Below are positions 1 to 12,892 of a stretch of DNA of 64,000 nucleotides, piece by piece (position 1 is the stretch's first letter; the number at the start of each line of letters is the position of its first letter). Below the pieces are notes generated by a model that did not search any database, was not told the origin of the DNA, and saw nothing but the letters and a program-made list of their open reading frames with translations. The DNA is taken from contig JAMWBK010000007.1 of the NCBI GenBank assembly GCA_029953675.1, positions 1,178,001 to 1,242,000 on the forward strand. The letters are read 5' to 3'. The stretch is from Rhodosorus marinus CCMP1338. Lineage: Eukaryota > Plantae > Rhodophyta. Position numbers and translations under genes: made by a program.

Positions 1-1179
1 GATCCTTGATCTTGGAGCACAGAGCTCATCGAAATTACTTGGGAGCCATCGATAGACTCCATGAGAAAGGTCAAACGCCGAATTTCTGGATCAAGTTTTG
101 GCTCTCCTTCTCCGAGCGCCCGCCCGTTCACGAGCTCTTTCGTGTTGTCAACCAAGAACAAGTGCTAGAACACAGCGTGCTTCACCAATTCTGGTACTGC
201 TCTGTAAACGACGTTAACCCGCCTCCTATAGTTCTTTATTTTGCAGTCGCAAAGTTTGGGAATATGTGCTAGTAGTTGCGGTGGTGAGTTTGTGTATGGC
301 TCCACGTGTCGAACGTCCCTAATAGAGGGTGAGAACCCTTCGGTGTCGTGTCTCAGCACTTAGGGAGGATTAGAATTCCATACCATATCCATCGGCGCGA
401 CGTGCGGAGAAGTAGCATGTTTTTTTTATTCTCCGCTTCTTTTCTCCTCCTTTGTAGTCTGGCAGTTGTGCCTACGCCGCGTCATCAATCCGAGCAAGCA
501 GTAAAAGTACCCCTAATGGGTCCCTTTGGGTCCTGTTGTGACGAATTGATGACGCTTTGATGTTGGAGGCGAGCGGTTTACGCTTTCAGTAGTGTTTCCC
601 CCCACCTCTTTGTCAGTCTCGGAGTAAACAGATGCAATCCATTGGTCCGAGCTCAATCGAAGAAACTCTTTTAAGTTCAATCACAAAGAAACGGTGAAAA
701 CTTGAAAAGGTTGTGATGTTGATCATAATGACGAGTTTCGGTAATTTGGAGAAGGGAGCTGTCCGGCTTTTTCCAGTCATGCAACTATGGATCAGAATCA
801 CCTCGGCTGGGGGAACTGGGCGAAGCTCGACCCACTTGTCTTAGTAGAGCGAGTTCTTGTGCTTTGAGATTAATATCGATCTTTTCATTGTACAGAAGAG
901 TGCTACAATTTGCGCGGTCTCTTCGATCCAAGCGAAGAAGGTCCACTCCATGAATGCTATTGTCCGCAGTTAGTCCAAGGGGTGGCTCCCAAGGTATCGG
1001 GTGCTCAACTACATCGAAAAGCTTGCTGCACGTGAAGAACCCGAAGCTAATTTTTTTGACTACGTTCACCTATCACACACCCGCAACAAGCTTGTCTGAC
1101 GGAGTAGATTTTTTGCTGGTATAGCACCAGGCGCTCTTGTTTCAAAAGACCTGGTACACAGTCAACAGCAGCATGGATC

Positions 1180-2364
1180 TCATATCTCGAACAGTTTCAG
1201 GGGTTCTCCCGACTCTACATTAATGCTTGAAGTGTTTAGATAGGTCTCTCGCCAGCCGACTGGTTTGTAGAACTCAATCCCATAAGCGAACTGGGTCGTC
1301 TCCCTATCCAGCGTCAAGCCCTCAACCCTCACCCGTTTTGACGAGTGCACAACCATCGCTCCGTCCCTCCCCGAGCTGTCCCTTATGGAAATGTCCTGTA
1401 CCGAGAGATCCCTGCAAGCCTCGAACTCTATCGGAGCGAACTGCTCTCTCGTCCCTTCGACTCTCAAGTCCGAGAGACTTAGAAAGTCAATGTACTTCAG
1501 GAGAATCGGCCTACGGCAGTCAATAAAGACCATGCCGGTGATGTTGATATGTCCGTGACCAGGTCGGTGAGTCTGAGATAAAATTCCATACTTGTTTGCG
1601 ACTCCCACGACGTTGGTGATCTCTACCCGGTTGTTGGTTTCAAGTTCTGATCTTTGGTGGTCCTGTATTGCTATCGTATAGTAGCATCCCCTGGCGTAGA
1701 CGTTCCGAATCACAATGTCCTCAACCCCATCCCCAACCTCCACTGCACCTCTGAGATCACTGTTGAATGCTTTGATATTCTCGACCAGCACATGGCTCGT
1801 AGTAATCGCTCCGTCTCCAGCGGTGGTTAGAGCGACGAGGTCGCGGTTGTTTCCGGTCCCTGTAATGTCCCGAATAACACCATTTCTGACCGGTTCAGGA
1901 TCAATCTTGGAGCTTCTTGAGGCATGAACCATTATTCCGTCTCTTGAGGAGTTCACTAGCCTTCCCCTCTCGAGAATGAAGTTGCCGGCGCTCACCCACA
2001 GAAGTGACTGCCTCTGACTTTGCGGTATTGTTCCTTTGTTCCCTATCAGAATGAAATCAGTTATACTGACACCCTTCGATGCAACCCATATGGCCGGTTT
2101 CCTCCGAATGCCAGGCATAAGGCGCACCCGCACACCCCGAATTGTCATCGGCCGATGAACCTGAACCGATGTATTTGTTTGCCATACGCATCCTTCGCTT
2201 GCGACTAGTTCGGAGCCCGCAGGAGCTCTCCAAACCTGATCTCGAAGATCTTCTTTACATTCCAACTCTATAACCTCCGCAGTAACCTGAACCCTAGTCA
2301 GCAAACTAGCTAGGATTGCTATCCACACGAGTTTCCTCTTAAATACAGTAGACATGTTCTTCAT
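1180..2364 (-). CDS. Secreted right-handed parallel beta-helix (pectin-lyase-like fold) protein, paralogue 1
   Basis: Intronless 394-aa ORF. N-terminal signal peptide (KLVWIAILASLLTRVQVTA). Repeating beta-helix rungs (VIRDITGTGN, VLVENIKAFNS, IVIRNVYARGC, VEITNVVG). Clearly paralogous to 5077-6282 (shared C.EDL..Q, GAVEV.DG.EDI, IQDH motifs). Confidence 0.75.
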   Translation of the reverse strand: MKNMSTVFKRKLVWIAILASLLTRVQVTAEVIELECKEDLRDQVWRAPAGSELVASEGCVWQTNTSVQVHRPMTIRGVRVRLMPGIRRKPAIWVASKGVSITDFILIGNKGTIPQSQRQSLLWVSAGNFILERGRLVNSSRDGIMVHASRSSKIDPEPVRNGVIRDITGTGNNRDLVALTTAGDGAITTSHVLVENIKAFNSDLRGAVEVGDGVEDIVIRNVYARGCYYTIAIQDHQRSELETNNRVEITNVVGVANKYGILSQTHRPGHGHINITGMVFIDCRRPILLKYIDFLSLSDLRVEGTREQFAPIEFEACRDLSVQDISIRDSSGRDGAMVVHSSKRVRVEGLTLDRETTQFAYGIEFYKPVGWRETYLNTSSINVESGEPLKLFEI

Positions 2365-3893
2365 GTAACACGGTACAGCCCAATAACTTAAAGCTCTAGA
2401 TTACAAACGAGGCGAGCCGTTCGGTCCCCCTCAGCAACCTCATCCAAGCGTATTTTACACAACCACCCCGTCGTCGGACTGCACCCAAACTTCATCGTTC
2501 GTCAACTTCTGATTTGAATCATCCAGGCTTCTTAAATCTTCTCACACATTGATGGTTACATCACCAGAATTCAAAAAACAGCATCCAAACTCCAACGTCC
2601 TCTCAGAATTCTCCTCCGCATCGGCCACAACGGACATGACTTGCCAAACCCGAGCTCTGATTGCCATCCAATGCGGGCAGTGTCCGTTTCAAGAAAGCTC
2701 GGCTCCCCCCAACAAAGGTATGAAAACAATTAATTTATACCACGTATTTAGAAACGGTAATATTTCAAATTCATTTTATGACAACGTTAGTTGAAAAAAT
2801 AAGTAATTTAAAACTACTGTTGAACCGACAATTCTATTCGTTCGTTTTTGATGCACTGAGAATTTTAGTAATATTAATTTTGGTTTATACAAATGAATGA
2901 TGAATAATTATGCACCATTTTTTCAGTCGGAAAATCTAGGCTGGATAATGATTGAACGTTTTGGGTTTTGGATTGAACTTGACGGTTTTTTCATCTGGGT
3001 GTTGTCGTCAGTGGTTCGGCTCCAGTCGAGAAGGGTTGAGCTGTGGATGTGACATGCACCGCTCACTACCGAGAAAATGAGGAGGGAAGGTTGATCAGAG
3101 CTGTTGAAGACTTATGGTCCGGCATTGTGTCCGATTGAGAGTCGTTGGCGCGGTTCTTGAACTTATCTGACTTCGAAGGGATAGTGCTGACGACATCAGG
3201 AAGAGTCACTTCAATTCATTCCCCAGTCTGATTCCGTCCAAGACACGTCGGTGACGCAAGTACGCTGGGAAAGGGGTTGCCTCAATTGGATGGGAAGTCC
3301 GCATTCTCGATCTCGACATTGGAGACGGGTCTGGCTCACCTGCTTGACCCGTTGATAATGTCCAAATCTCCTCTACCCCAAGTAAAAGGCCTTCGGACTT
3401 AAGAGAGTTGAACCGTGGCCATCAAGAAGGGTTATCCGCTCAACCTCTAATCGAATGTGTCGCCACTGTTTGCCTTGTTGACCTGAGCTCGACTGAACGT
3501 GCGAACCATTTCCGTTGATCACCTGAACCGCTTGGGGGTTTCATGCCACCATCGATGCTCACTATATTCGCGATCGTTCTTGCTCCTTGAGCTACCAGTC
3601 ACTCAATCCAGTCCCTACTGAAGAAACAAATAATTCTCTATCGATAATACCATCAAAAAAACTATTATATCCGTAAAATAAGAAAACGTTATAAGAAAAC
3701 TTGAACGTACAAATCTAAAAAGCCGATCTGATAAATTTAATAAAAGCATATTATACCGTATTTATCAGTACAACTCAAAAGAGGCAACTCTTCATAGCCG
3801 CCAATACAAAATCCTTTTTTCGATACTAATTACTGCGCACGTCATGTATTGGACAATTTTAAAACTAATTCATGTTGTCAATGATGGACCTTC

Positions 3894-3964
3894 GAAGTGC
3901 ACAGAGCGAGAGGCCCCGGAAGGAGAAGTGCACAGAGCGAGAGGCCCCGGAAGGAGAAGTGCAC
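3894..3964. repeat. 31-bp tandem repeat, 2.3 copies
   Basis: GAAGTGCACAGAGCGAGAGGCCCCGGAAGGA at 3894-3924 and 3925-3955, plus partial GAAGTGCAC at 3956-3964. Confidence 0.95.
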
Positions 3965-5076
3965 TTGAGAGATAGTTGGAGGAAACGTGAAGGATTCTTT
4001 GAAATTGTTCTACGAGAACTGAACATAAAAAGGTTCTTAGGACTCGATTGTGAGTCTTTAAATAGCAAGGCTGTTGATCTTTTGAGTGTTTTTAAGCATG
4101 AACGCCATCAGGGCGAGATATATCCTGTAGGGCAAAGGATCGAAGTTGTCCTTCCACAACTCCGTCTAAGGATTGATCGGATGAGATTATGTTGATGTAG
4201 AGAAACTAGAACGGTTGAGGCTTCCAGTTTTCGTTTAGAGCAAGTGAGAGCCTTGGGATTTGTGTACATCACCGTGGCAATATGCGTGTTGGAGCGGCTC
4301 ACTGCTTTGAGGGCGGGTAGGGAGGATTCTGGAAGTCGACCTGAGGCTGCTAGTTAGGTTTTGGGGGTTTTTCCTTGAATTCTGTTTCGTCTTTTTCCGC
4401 TAAGTCAGAACGGCACCATCAAAATGGCGTCCGTTTGATGTCCTTAGCTTTTGTCACTCAAAATTACCACTGTGTACGCAAAGCCACTGGGCTTCGGGAG
4501 AATGATTCAGTCCCGTTCGAGATGTCTTGCGATGTGTTTTTTTTTGTTTTTTTTGGCGTGGTTAGATCAGAACCTGGCTGCGGTGCAATGTACTGCTTAT
4601 GCATAGAAAAGTGAAAATTTCTGCTGGTCGGAGCAATTCCTTAAGTGTTCAGCGTGGTGATCGTCAACCGCGGAAGGATTGCGTATCTCCCTGGTAGAGA
4701 CCAGAGGCATCTGTTTGGTCGAGTGGACTAGCCAGCCGGATCCACGTTCCTCTCCACCAAGGCCGGTCGAGTGAACCCTTGGTGCCTGGTTCGTTGATCA
4801 AAGTGGCTCATGAAGGGGAAAGTTTCCCAGTGACTTTTGGCGAAATTACACGTTCGTGCAATTTTCGGATGTGCCAACATGGCAGCATTGTGTCTTTACA
4901 ATTTGCAAGGTACAAAAAAGCTATCCTTTTCTCTCATTCTCGTCGTAGACTGACAATTCTCACCTTTGTCAATCGCGGCGAATATTAGAGCCGCTTGTCT
5001 ACTTTCCATAACTTAAAAAAACGAGTATACTGTTGTTACAGATGAGCATTCTTCTCGTCTCCAGACAATTTGTGCT

Positions 5077-6282
5077 CTAGCTTTGTCTGATCGTTCCTAT
5101 GTTGTTCGCTAACACAATATTCCCGAGGTTACTCTGCGGATTCGTTTCGAGGATTCTGATGCCAACGGTCTTCGCTGAAGCCACATCATTTTCCTCAACC
5201 ATCAAACTCTCAAAGTCCTTCGACAAAGTTGCAAGCACAGTGATGCCATACTTGAAGGCTGAGCCTGAAGTGAGTTTCACCGAGTAGACGCGGGCATTCT
5301 TGGAGTTTTTCACCCAAACTGCACTCACACTACCCAGTCTGTTACCAAAGTGGGCGTCGCGCAGGACGAGGTTGTCACAGTTCATCAGCTCGATTGCATT
5401 ACCAGTCCCCTTGTTCCCTTCACTCCTCACATTGTATATGGTGAGGTTCATGATATTCTTCAAAGACATAGTCCTTGTGCAACCCCGCGCATACACATCG
5501 GAGATTTCGATGTCGGAATGCCCAATATCGGTTGTCTCGGATCGAACAGCAAACTTGCACCTGTACGCGTGCACGTTCGAAATCTTTATCCGGTTGTTGC
5601 TCTCCAGTTTGCCCTTACTGTGGTCCTGAATATCCACAGCATAGACGCACCTTTCCGCGTAAATGTTGTCCACTATGATATCCTCCGCTCCGTCGCTGAC
5701 CTCCACCGCGCCCTTCTTCCTGCTCTTGTACGCACGGATATTCTTCACTGTAATATTCCTGGTCCCTCTTAGGCCATTGTCTCTTGTACTTATGGATACA
5801 ACGTCTCTTTCACAGCCATGTCCTTCAAGGTTCTCGAGGAGTCCTCCAACGATATCGCTCGCGCCTTGGTTCGCTCTGACGGCTACTCCATTCTGAGACG
5901 AATCGTAGAAAACTCCATTTCTGATTGTCACGTCGCTCTTGAAGACCAAGATCAGAGACATGCGGAAAGCTTCTTTGACAGAATCCTTGTTCCCGGTTAA
6001 GACGAAGTCCTCGATAATGACGCCTGGCTCCAGCACTTTGAAAATTGCTGTCAACCCTACTCCGCTCTTCAATTTTGCTCTCACTCCCCTAATTGTGATC
6101 CTGCTCCGTATCGAGATTGCGTTATCCACAGTCCATTCGCAATTGCTATTTGCACGGAGAAAATCACCGTCGCTCGCTGACTCGATCTGCTCCTCCAAAT
6201 CCTCTGAACAGCGTAACCATGTGGTCTTCGATGCGGCCAGCCAGACCAGCATCAAAATCACGAACACACGCATCTTGAACAT
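5077..6282 (-). CDS. Secreted right-handed parallel beta-helix (pectin-lyase-like fold) protein, paralogue 2
   Basis: Intronless ORF. Likely start is the ATG at 6282 (MFKMRVFVILMLVWLAAS, a signal peptide), not the ORF-track start at 6435. Beta-helix rungs (ITVKNIRAYKS, IIVDNIYAERC, IKISNVHAYRC, IEISDVYARGC). Confidence 0.75.
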   Translation of the reverse strand: MFKMRVFVILMLVWLAASKTTWLRCSEDLEEQIESASDGDFLRANSNCEWTVDNAISIRSRITIRGVRAKLKSGVGLTAIFKVLEPGVIIEDFVLTGNKDSVKEAFRMSLILVFKSDVTIRNGVFYDSSQNGVAVRANQGASDIVGGLLENLEGHGCERDVVSISTRDNGLRGTRNITVKNIRAYKSRKKGAVEVSDGAEDIIVDNIYAERCVYAVDIQDHSKGKLESNNRIKISNVHAYRCKFAVRSETTDIGHSDIEISDVYARGCTRTMSLKNIMNLTIYNVRSEGNKGTGNAIELMNCDNLVLRDAHFGNRLGSVSAVWVKNSKNARVYSVKLTSGSAFKYGITVLATLSKDFESLMVEENDVASAKTVGIRILETNPQSNLGNIVLANNIGTIRQS

Positions 6283-9200
6283 CTTGGAGAACTGAAAAAT
6301 GGTCAGAGAGAGCTGACCAGAACGCCTTCTACAAGATTCCGACAAAGACGATATCGACTTCAACCGGTTGCCCCAGCACGCGTTCCTATCCAGCACCAGC
6401 TGCCCCGTCGCACGAAAGGCTGTACAGCCAAGCAAATCGATATATATATACGCTCAACAGTTCGATGGCATATTCGTTAAATACCGCAGAGCAGTTCGCG
6501 TCAAGAAAAAACCTTTTTCAAAACCTCCTTTTGGAGAACGCTACCCAACAGCCGCACTTCTCAATACAACCAATTCCATTCCCACCTCTCCTCCCCCGCC
6601 CCCCCCATTTAACGATCCTTCTCGTTGGTAAAAGCGCTGTTAACACACTAACATATACATCCAACCCCTCAGTCCCTCTCACTCTCTCCTCCCCCTGATC
6701 TATAGTCTCCCTCTCCCCCCTGGCACATTCCGGTCACAAAAACACAACTGTTGAAAAGCGTTTCTCTTCATTTTTGTTCGTTTCTAGAAGAATTGAACGT
6801 TTGCACAAACAATTTACTTAGCCCATCATCGGCAAAGCAGAGAGTGCCAACTCTACATTTCCTGAACCCCTATATTTCCCCACAACCTCTGTGAGGTCCG
6901 TACTAGTCATCTGATGCTAGTATGTCCGTTGAACTGTGTGATAGAAAAAAATACCTAGGGGGGGGGAGAGGGGGCGGGAGAAGGTGAAGGGGGGAAGAGG
7001 AAGAGGATCGGAATATGATACCAGAGAGAACTGGAACATGAATTAGGAAAACAAAAAAAAGAAGAAAGCTATTGGGTCAGTTTGTTCTGATTACCTGTCA
7101 AGATTGAACAAAACTGCACGAAGAATGCGCAGACTCTTTTCCGTTTCCCAGCGCCTTTTCGCTTTATTCCTAAAAAACTCTTTGGGTGATGGAAGTTCTT
7201 CTAATGAGTAGTTCCGCGTCCTCTCCCACCCTCCGTGTCTCGGGAATACAAAAAAGAAAGACAAAAAAAATCCTGTATTTGAAACTCAACGGGTAAAAAG
7301 GAGACACTGTTGATTTTTTTGTTCTGTTTTTGACCCCTTTGTGGATTCTTGTAGGCACATATCCACCAAAAATCGTTAAGCAAAAGCCGGGTTTATTTCG
7401 TCAATTCTTTTCTCGAGTTAGTTGTTTTTTTATTCCCAATTCGCTTCCCGCGAGGCCCACTCCCCTCCCCTCCCCTCCCCTCCCCGGGGGGTGGCATTTG
7501 GATTTCGCCTCTTCCCATAGATCCACTTGGGGCACCCCCAGGGTAATTCTGTCCAACCACTCTTTTGATATTTCAGTAGAAAAATGGATGGTGAGGAATA
7601 TGCTAAATATTCCTGAACATTCACTTCAACTCGCGTAAGAAACTCATAAAATTCATCTAAATGATATCCAATGGATGATTTGTATGACACAGCAGTTTGG
7701 CAACTCAAACTCAATATTTAGAATTTCAATATTCAAGTTCAATTCGTGAAAAAGTAGTTTTTCCAGAGTGCAGGAAACCTAATTTTTTTTGGCGGCGCGA
7801 GAGTTTGATAATCTAATCCCTACTCGCTCTAATCGTACGTTTGTGGGAATATTTCTAGGCCAGAACTTCACCGTTACTACACAGAAGCTCAATTCTGAAA
7901 TGGAAATAAGGAATATTCTGCCCAGAATGGTCAAAAATAGAGTTCTTTGTCGTTGACCTTGCATTCTTGGATCGCGCTGCCAAAGCGTTCTCACATATAG
8001 GGAGGGGGGGTTAGGAATTCGCCATTGGCGCGATCAACGATTGTTTTCATCGACATGGTTTGTCTCAGATCTTTGAAAAGCTTGACTAAAACGTCGTTTC
8101 CGGGGTGGACTTGTACTTTTTTTTTTTACGCATGTTAATATTCTCGAAATTTTGGCCTTGTTTTTTCATTTCTGACGCATATTCTTTTGCTTGTTTCATA
8201 TTCCGTCGAGCGCAGGACAAAAAAGAACAAACGTTTTCGGGAATATCCGTGTATATTATAGAGCTCTGCAGTCCTTACTTTAGAGGGGAACATTTGAGTT
8301 TCGACGGGTTATTATTGAGAACCGATTTTGATCAGAGCTAAACTCTCAAAATTGGCATTGCCGCATGCCCAAATCTTAAGATCCAAGCTCTACCAATGAT
8401 AGCACGGGAACTGAATCGACGCAGAATTGATTGGTGGAAAGGATTGAATTCCGTTGAAATTCCGGACGAAGTCGACTGTTACAAGGAGTGGGGCACTGGA
8501 GGTCAATCGTCGTCGACACCGAAGTCATCTGGAGACCGAGGAAAAGTGTACAATTATTGGGAGACATGGGCCATGATAAGGTATCCGTTGAGCTTGGACC
8601 CGTCGCAGACGCACCACAAGCAGAGCGGAGCATTCTAGTGCGGGGAAACCCGCCGAGCCTGGCTATCCAATTTTTGAGGACAAGAAGTATGGACACATAC
8701 CGTCCACCCCACCTTTTCCACGGACCGCTCGACTAGCATGCAATAACTACAGCTACATGGAAGTGACTTTTGATTGGTTAAATTATTAAATATATGATTT
8801 TCTTAAAAATAGGAGAAAACATGCTCAGACACCTCGACATCCTTGTATTCAGAAGTATTTTTTATTGTCATTGTGGGTTGATCCTGAGCTGCTTCTGCAA
8901 CCGCTGTGGACAAGCCACGCCACATCGGGATCGAAGCGCGAAAGTAGAAACCGTTTGAAAATTTGAAACAAACTGGGTAAATGAGGGATGGTCATACATT
9001 TTAGAGGGGGGGGATCGATTCTTTTGAAATGATCAGAAGTTTCACCTTCCCACCCCCACCCCCCCCTGCACTTTCTTCTAAACGGTTGGTAAGCCGGCGA
9101 CCTTGGAAGTTTTATCTGCTATTTTTTTCTCTCGGATATTGCACCTAAGAAGGTCACGTATATTGTTTCGAAAGTTTACGTTTTTTGGTGGCCGTTTCGA

Positions 9201-11098
9201 CACGAGGTCCCCCGCAAAAAGAAGGCATGCATTTAACAATTTACTAGTTATTTTTCCAACCTTCCAAACGCATGGTGCTGATTTCTTCTTTTTTTGAGGT
9301 TGAACCAGTCCGTGATATTAGACCGATGGAGGTGGTTAGCAAATGGAACAGAAAGCAAGGGACTCCCGACAAAAAACAACTGAACTTCCTCAAGAACGTG
9401 GAAACTATATTCTCAAGGAGGATTTTTTCAGTTTGGAATGATTCGTGAAATTGATGTTTTCGTGTTTAATGATTAAGTAACTTTGGATAGTTTGTGAAAA
9501 GTTTTTCGGTACTGAGAGACGTCGGTCTCTCTTTGGCTAATTAGTTGTTCGTTGCTTTAGTATTTCCGGGGATTTCTGTTTTGAAGCGCTAAGAGATAAC
9601 TACGTCTTGGAAGATGATGTGCATGTGTTATAAGGGGGTTGGCTGGTAGAGAAAGAAACGCCATCGTTTCAAATTACATGCCGGTGAATGAGAATGAGTG
9701 TGTATAGGGGAGAGATGGCTCACAATATTGCAACGAGCACATGGTATGCTTTTTGTTTTGCACGTCAACTGGCAAACGGGGAATTTTTAGTTAAGGAGAT
9801 GGTTGCTGGTGGCCCGGGAATTTCAATTTCCTTCAATCCGGGTTTAGAAAGTGCTAGCCCGCAGACAGCTCTCCGCGCCCCATCTCCACCTCAAGTTCCT
9901 TCTATTCGCACTTGAATGGAAGGATTTCTATATGTATCTCGCCCACCCAGTTCATCGTTCTGCTCCCGGACACGATGACACGTGTGAAGTGGGTGAGTGT
10001 TCCGAAGCTTCTATTAGGGAACGAACAGCTTTTAGGTTCTTTTCCACCAGCTCGGGATGGACTTGATGTTTATGGAGATGGGCAGGGGGCTTTTAGTGCC
10101 GGCTTCATCTGTTCCTTATATTTTTCACCAACGTTTTTGTAACACAAACTGCGTAACCCGTTGAAATTTTTTTAGTCTGCGTTACGAACTAACTTATGAA
10201 GCGAGTATCCGATCCCGAACGGATAACAAACTGATCAGGTATGGACTGTAAAGTGCACGGCACCCGGCCCCATCGCAATGGAGAGCGAAACAGCCCAGAC
10301 CAGACGTGCGCTACCCCCGCCCACTCCCATTTTCAAGCAACACGAACTGAGCTCGCAAGTTTCCGTAAGACTTGTAAGATGACATGTACGACCTTGCCAA
10401 AAAGTGTGTTTTTCGTTTATGCAAGGTTGAGCCACTAACGGTACTCGTTGCAACAAAAGGTTCGCGACAAGAAGATCCCTGGGCTTACTTCCGTTCGGCT
10501 TGCTCTCAGTCACTAGTTAGCTTCCACCAGTCATACTCAAGCGGCGAACGGCCTAGTGGCTTCGAAGACTTTTTTGGCGTGCGGGAACTGCCAGGCGCAG
10601 TGCAAAAAATCGCAGGTTGGCAGCAGCCAAGGGATCCGTTTTAATGCATTGCGACTGAATGTGTTGTTCAAACAATGCTTTTCCCAGTGCAGAAACCACT
10701 AAATCGCCATCAATCTAGTTTCCAGTCTCATATGAGTCGAGGACTTTTCGTTCCCAAACCGCCGTGTTTCAATCTCCCCCTTTTTTTCTTTTTTTTCGAT
10801 GCTCTTACCGCATAGACAAGGGCAAATCGTAGCCACGCAACCACGTCAGCGAGCTTGGAATGCCGGTTGTCTCCCCGGTTCACAACTCTACGTAGCCGCA
10901 TACGGGAGCCCAACATTCTGGTGCGGGGTTCACATCGCAGGATGAGTCCAGCGAGGTGAGTCCAGAGTCGAGAGTCGACTTTGCAATGTTGTTTTTTTTA
11001 TTCACTCGACTTTCGCCGAATCTAGCCAGGCACGAAGGACAGGCTGTCTTTGTTCGAAATCGACTGACACGTGCTCCATTAACGCGCGACGCAACGCG

Positions 11099-11369
11099 TG
11101 TCGGTGATCCAAATTGATTTTAAATTCCCTTTTTCTTTTTATCTTTTATCTATCTTGGATGCACCCCCTTGAGCTCTAATCCTGAGACGGAAGGTCGAAA
11201 CTTCCGTATTTATAGGCTTCCGGTTCATATCCTGGGTTTGCTAGACTACTATTATTAGATCTAGACTTTTCTAGTATTAGCCAAATATCAGCCATTTGGC
11301 TCGACTATTATTAGACCTGTTTTGGGCTACACACTCCTGACGGCTGACTTGTTCGGTCAGGACGTAACA
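11099..11369 (-). repeat. LTR copy (left, inverted)
   Basis: Reverse complement of 12893-13168, with TGT...ACA termini on the minus strand. PPT-like AGTGGGGAGGAG immediately upstream on the minus strand (11371-11382). Confidence 0.75.
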
Positions 11370-11868
11370 ACTCCTCCCCACTGAAAGAAAGAACTATCCG
11401 GTGGAAGAAGAAGCTGCCTTGTGGAGGTTTGTATAATACCGCATTTGTTTCTTGGCATTCTGGTTCTGCGGTAGTTGATGGTAGGGCAACCATCTCAAGT
11501 CGTCCGTTGTCTCGCCTTCAAAGTAAACGAAGTATTCGTTCAGGTTCTTTTCGTCTCGACGATGTCCAAAAACTGACTTCAACTCGCGCTGTGGTATGTC
11601 TGGTTGTAATGCGGGAACTACATGCGAGGCTTCAGGTTCCGGTCCATTGAACTTTCGTAATAACGAGACATGAAGAACATCATGTAGTTGAGAATTCCCC
11701 GGGAGCTCCAGCTTATATAGATGCTACGTTACCAATTTGGCGGGGGGCAAGGAGTGTTGATCCTGTTGGCGGCGTAGGAGGTTTGCGGCTGCTTCCGGTA
11801 AAGGGGTAGTCGGGGTATCGTCCGGAATAATGAGATCAGGTAGTAAGGATGGATTTGCCCCATAAAGA

Positions 11869-12891
11869 ACCTGCGAAGCTTTTTGCCAGAGGCAAAAACC
11901 ACTCCGACACTCAGCGGGAAAGTTGAATCCACTGCCTGCTCCAGACGGGAGATTTCAGCCGTATCGATGGATTTCATTGGCGCCATAACCGAGGACGGGT
12001 TCGACGCGATCTTCGTGATCGTCGATCGCTTCACAAAGTATGCCCGTTTCTTACCGACAACGACAACGGCGACTGCGCAACAAACCGCGAAGCTGTTCTT
12101 ACGTCATTGGGTTAGGTTTGCTGGTATACCTATAGACATCATTTCTGACCGAGATCCAAAATTTCCGGGACTGTTCTGGAGGGAATTGTTGAAGATGCTG
12201 CAAGTAAGGCAAAACTTGAGTACAGCATATCATCCACAGACAGACGGACAGACAGAGCGAGTCAATCAGACGCTGGAGACGTACCTGAGGTGTAGTTCGA
12301 CTGCAACGAATTGGGCAGAAGATCCTATCGATTGCAGAGCTGGTGTACAATCGTCAGATCTCGGAAGCGACGCAGTTCTCCCCATTTGAGCTACTTTATG
12401 GGGCAAATCCATCCTTACTACCTGATCTCATTATTCCGGACGATACCCCGACTACCCCTTTACCGGAAGCAGCCGCAAACCTCCTACGCCGCCAACAGGA
12501 TCAACACTCCTTGCCCCCCGCCAAATTGGTAACGTAGCATCTATATAAGCTGGAGCTCCCGGGGAATTCTCAACTACATGATGTTCTTCATGTCTCGTTA
12601 TTACGAAAGTTCAATGGACCGGAACCTGAAGCCTCGCATGTAGTTCCCGCATTACAACCAGACATACCACAGCGCGAGTTGAAGTCAGTTTTTGGACATC
12701 GTCGAGACGAAAAGAACCTGAACGAATACTTCGTTTACTTTGAAGGCGAGTCAACGGACGACTTGAGATGGGTTGCCCTACCATCAACTACCGCAGAACC
12801 AGAATGCCAAGAAACAAATGCGGTATTATACAAACCTCCACAAGGCAGCTTCTTCTTTCACCGGATAGTTCTTTCTTTCGGCGGGGAGGAG
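11869..12891 (+). pseudogene. Frameshifted Ty3/gypsy integrase with C-terminal chromodomain
   Basis: Manual translation across frameshifts: CEAFCQRQK (Zn-finger CxxC half), LNPLPAP, VSMDFIG, DDE core, SPFELLYG, IGNVA/YKLELP..LHDVLHVSLLRKF (end of the GPY/F module, with an upstream deletion), chromodomain-like KSVFGHRRDEKNLNEYFVYFEGESTDDLRWV. Confidence 0.85.
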
Positions 12892-12892
12892 T

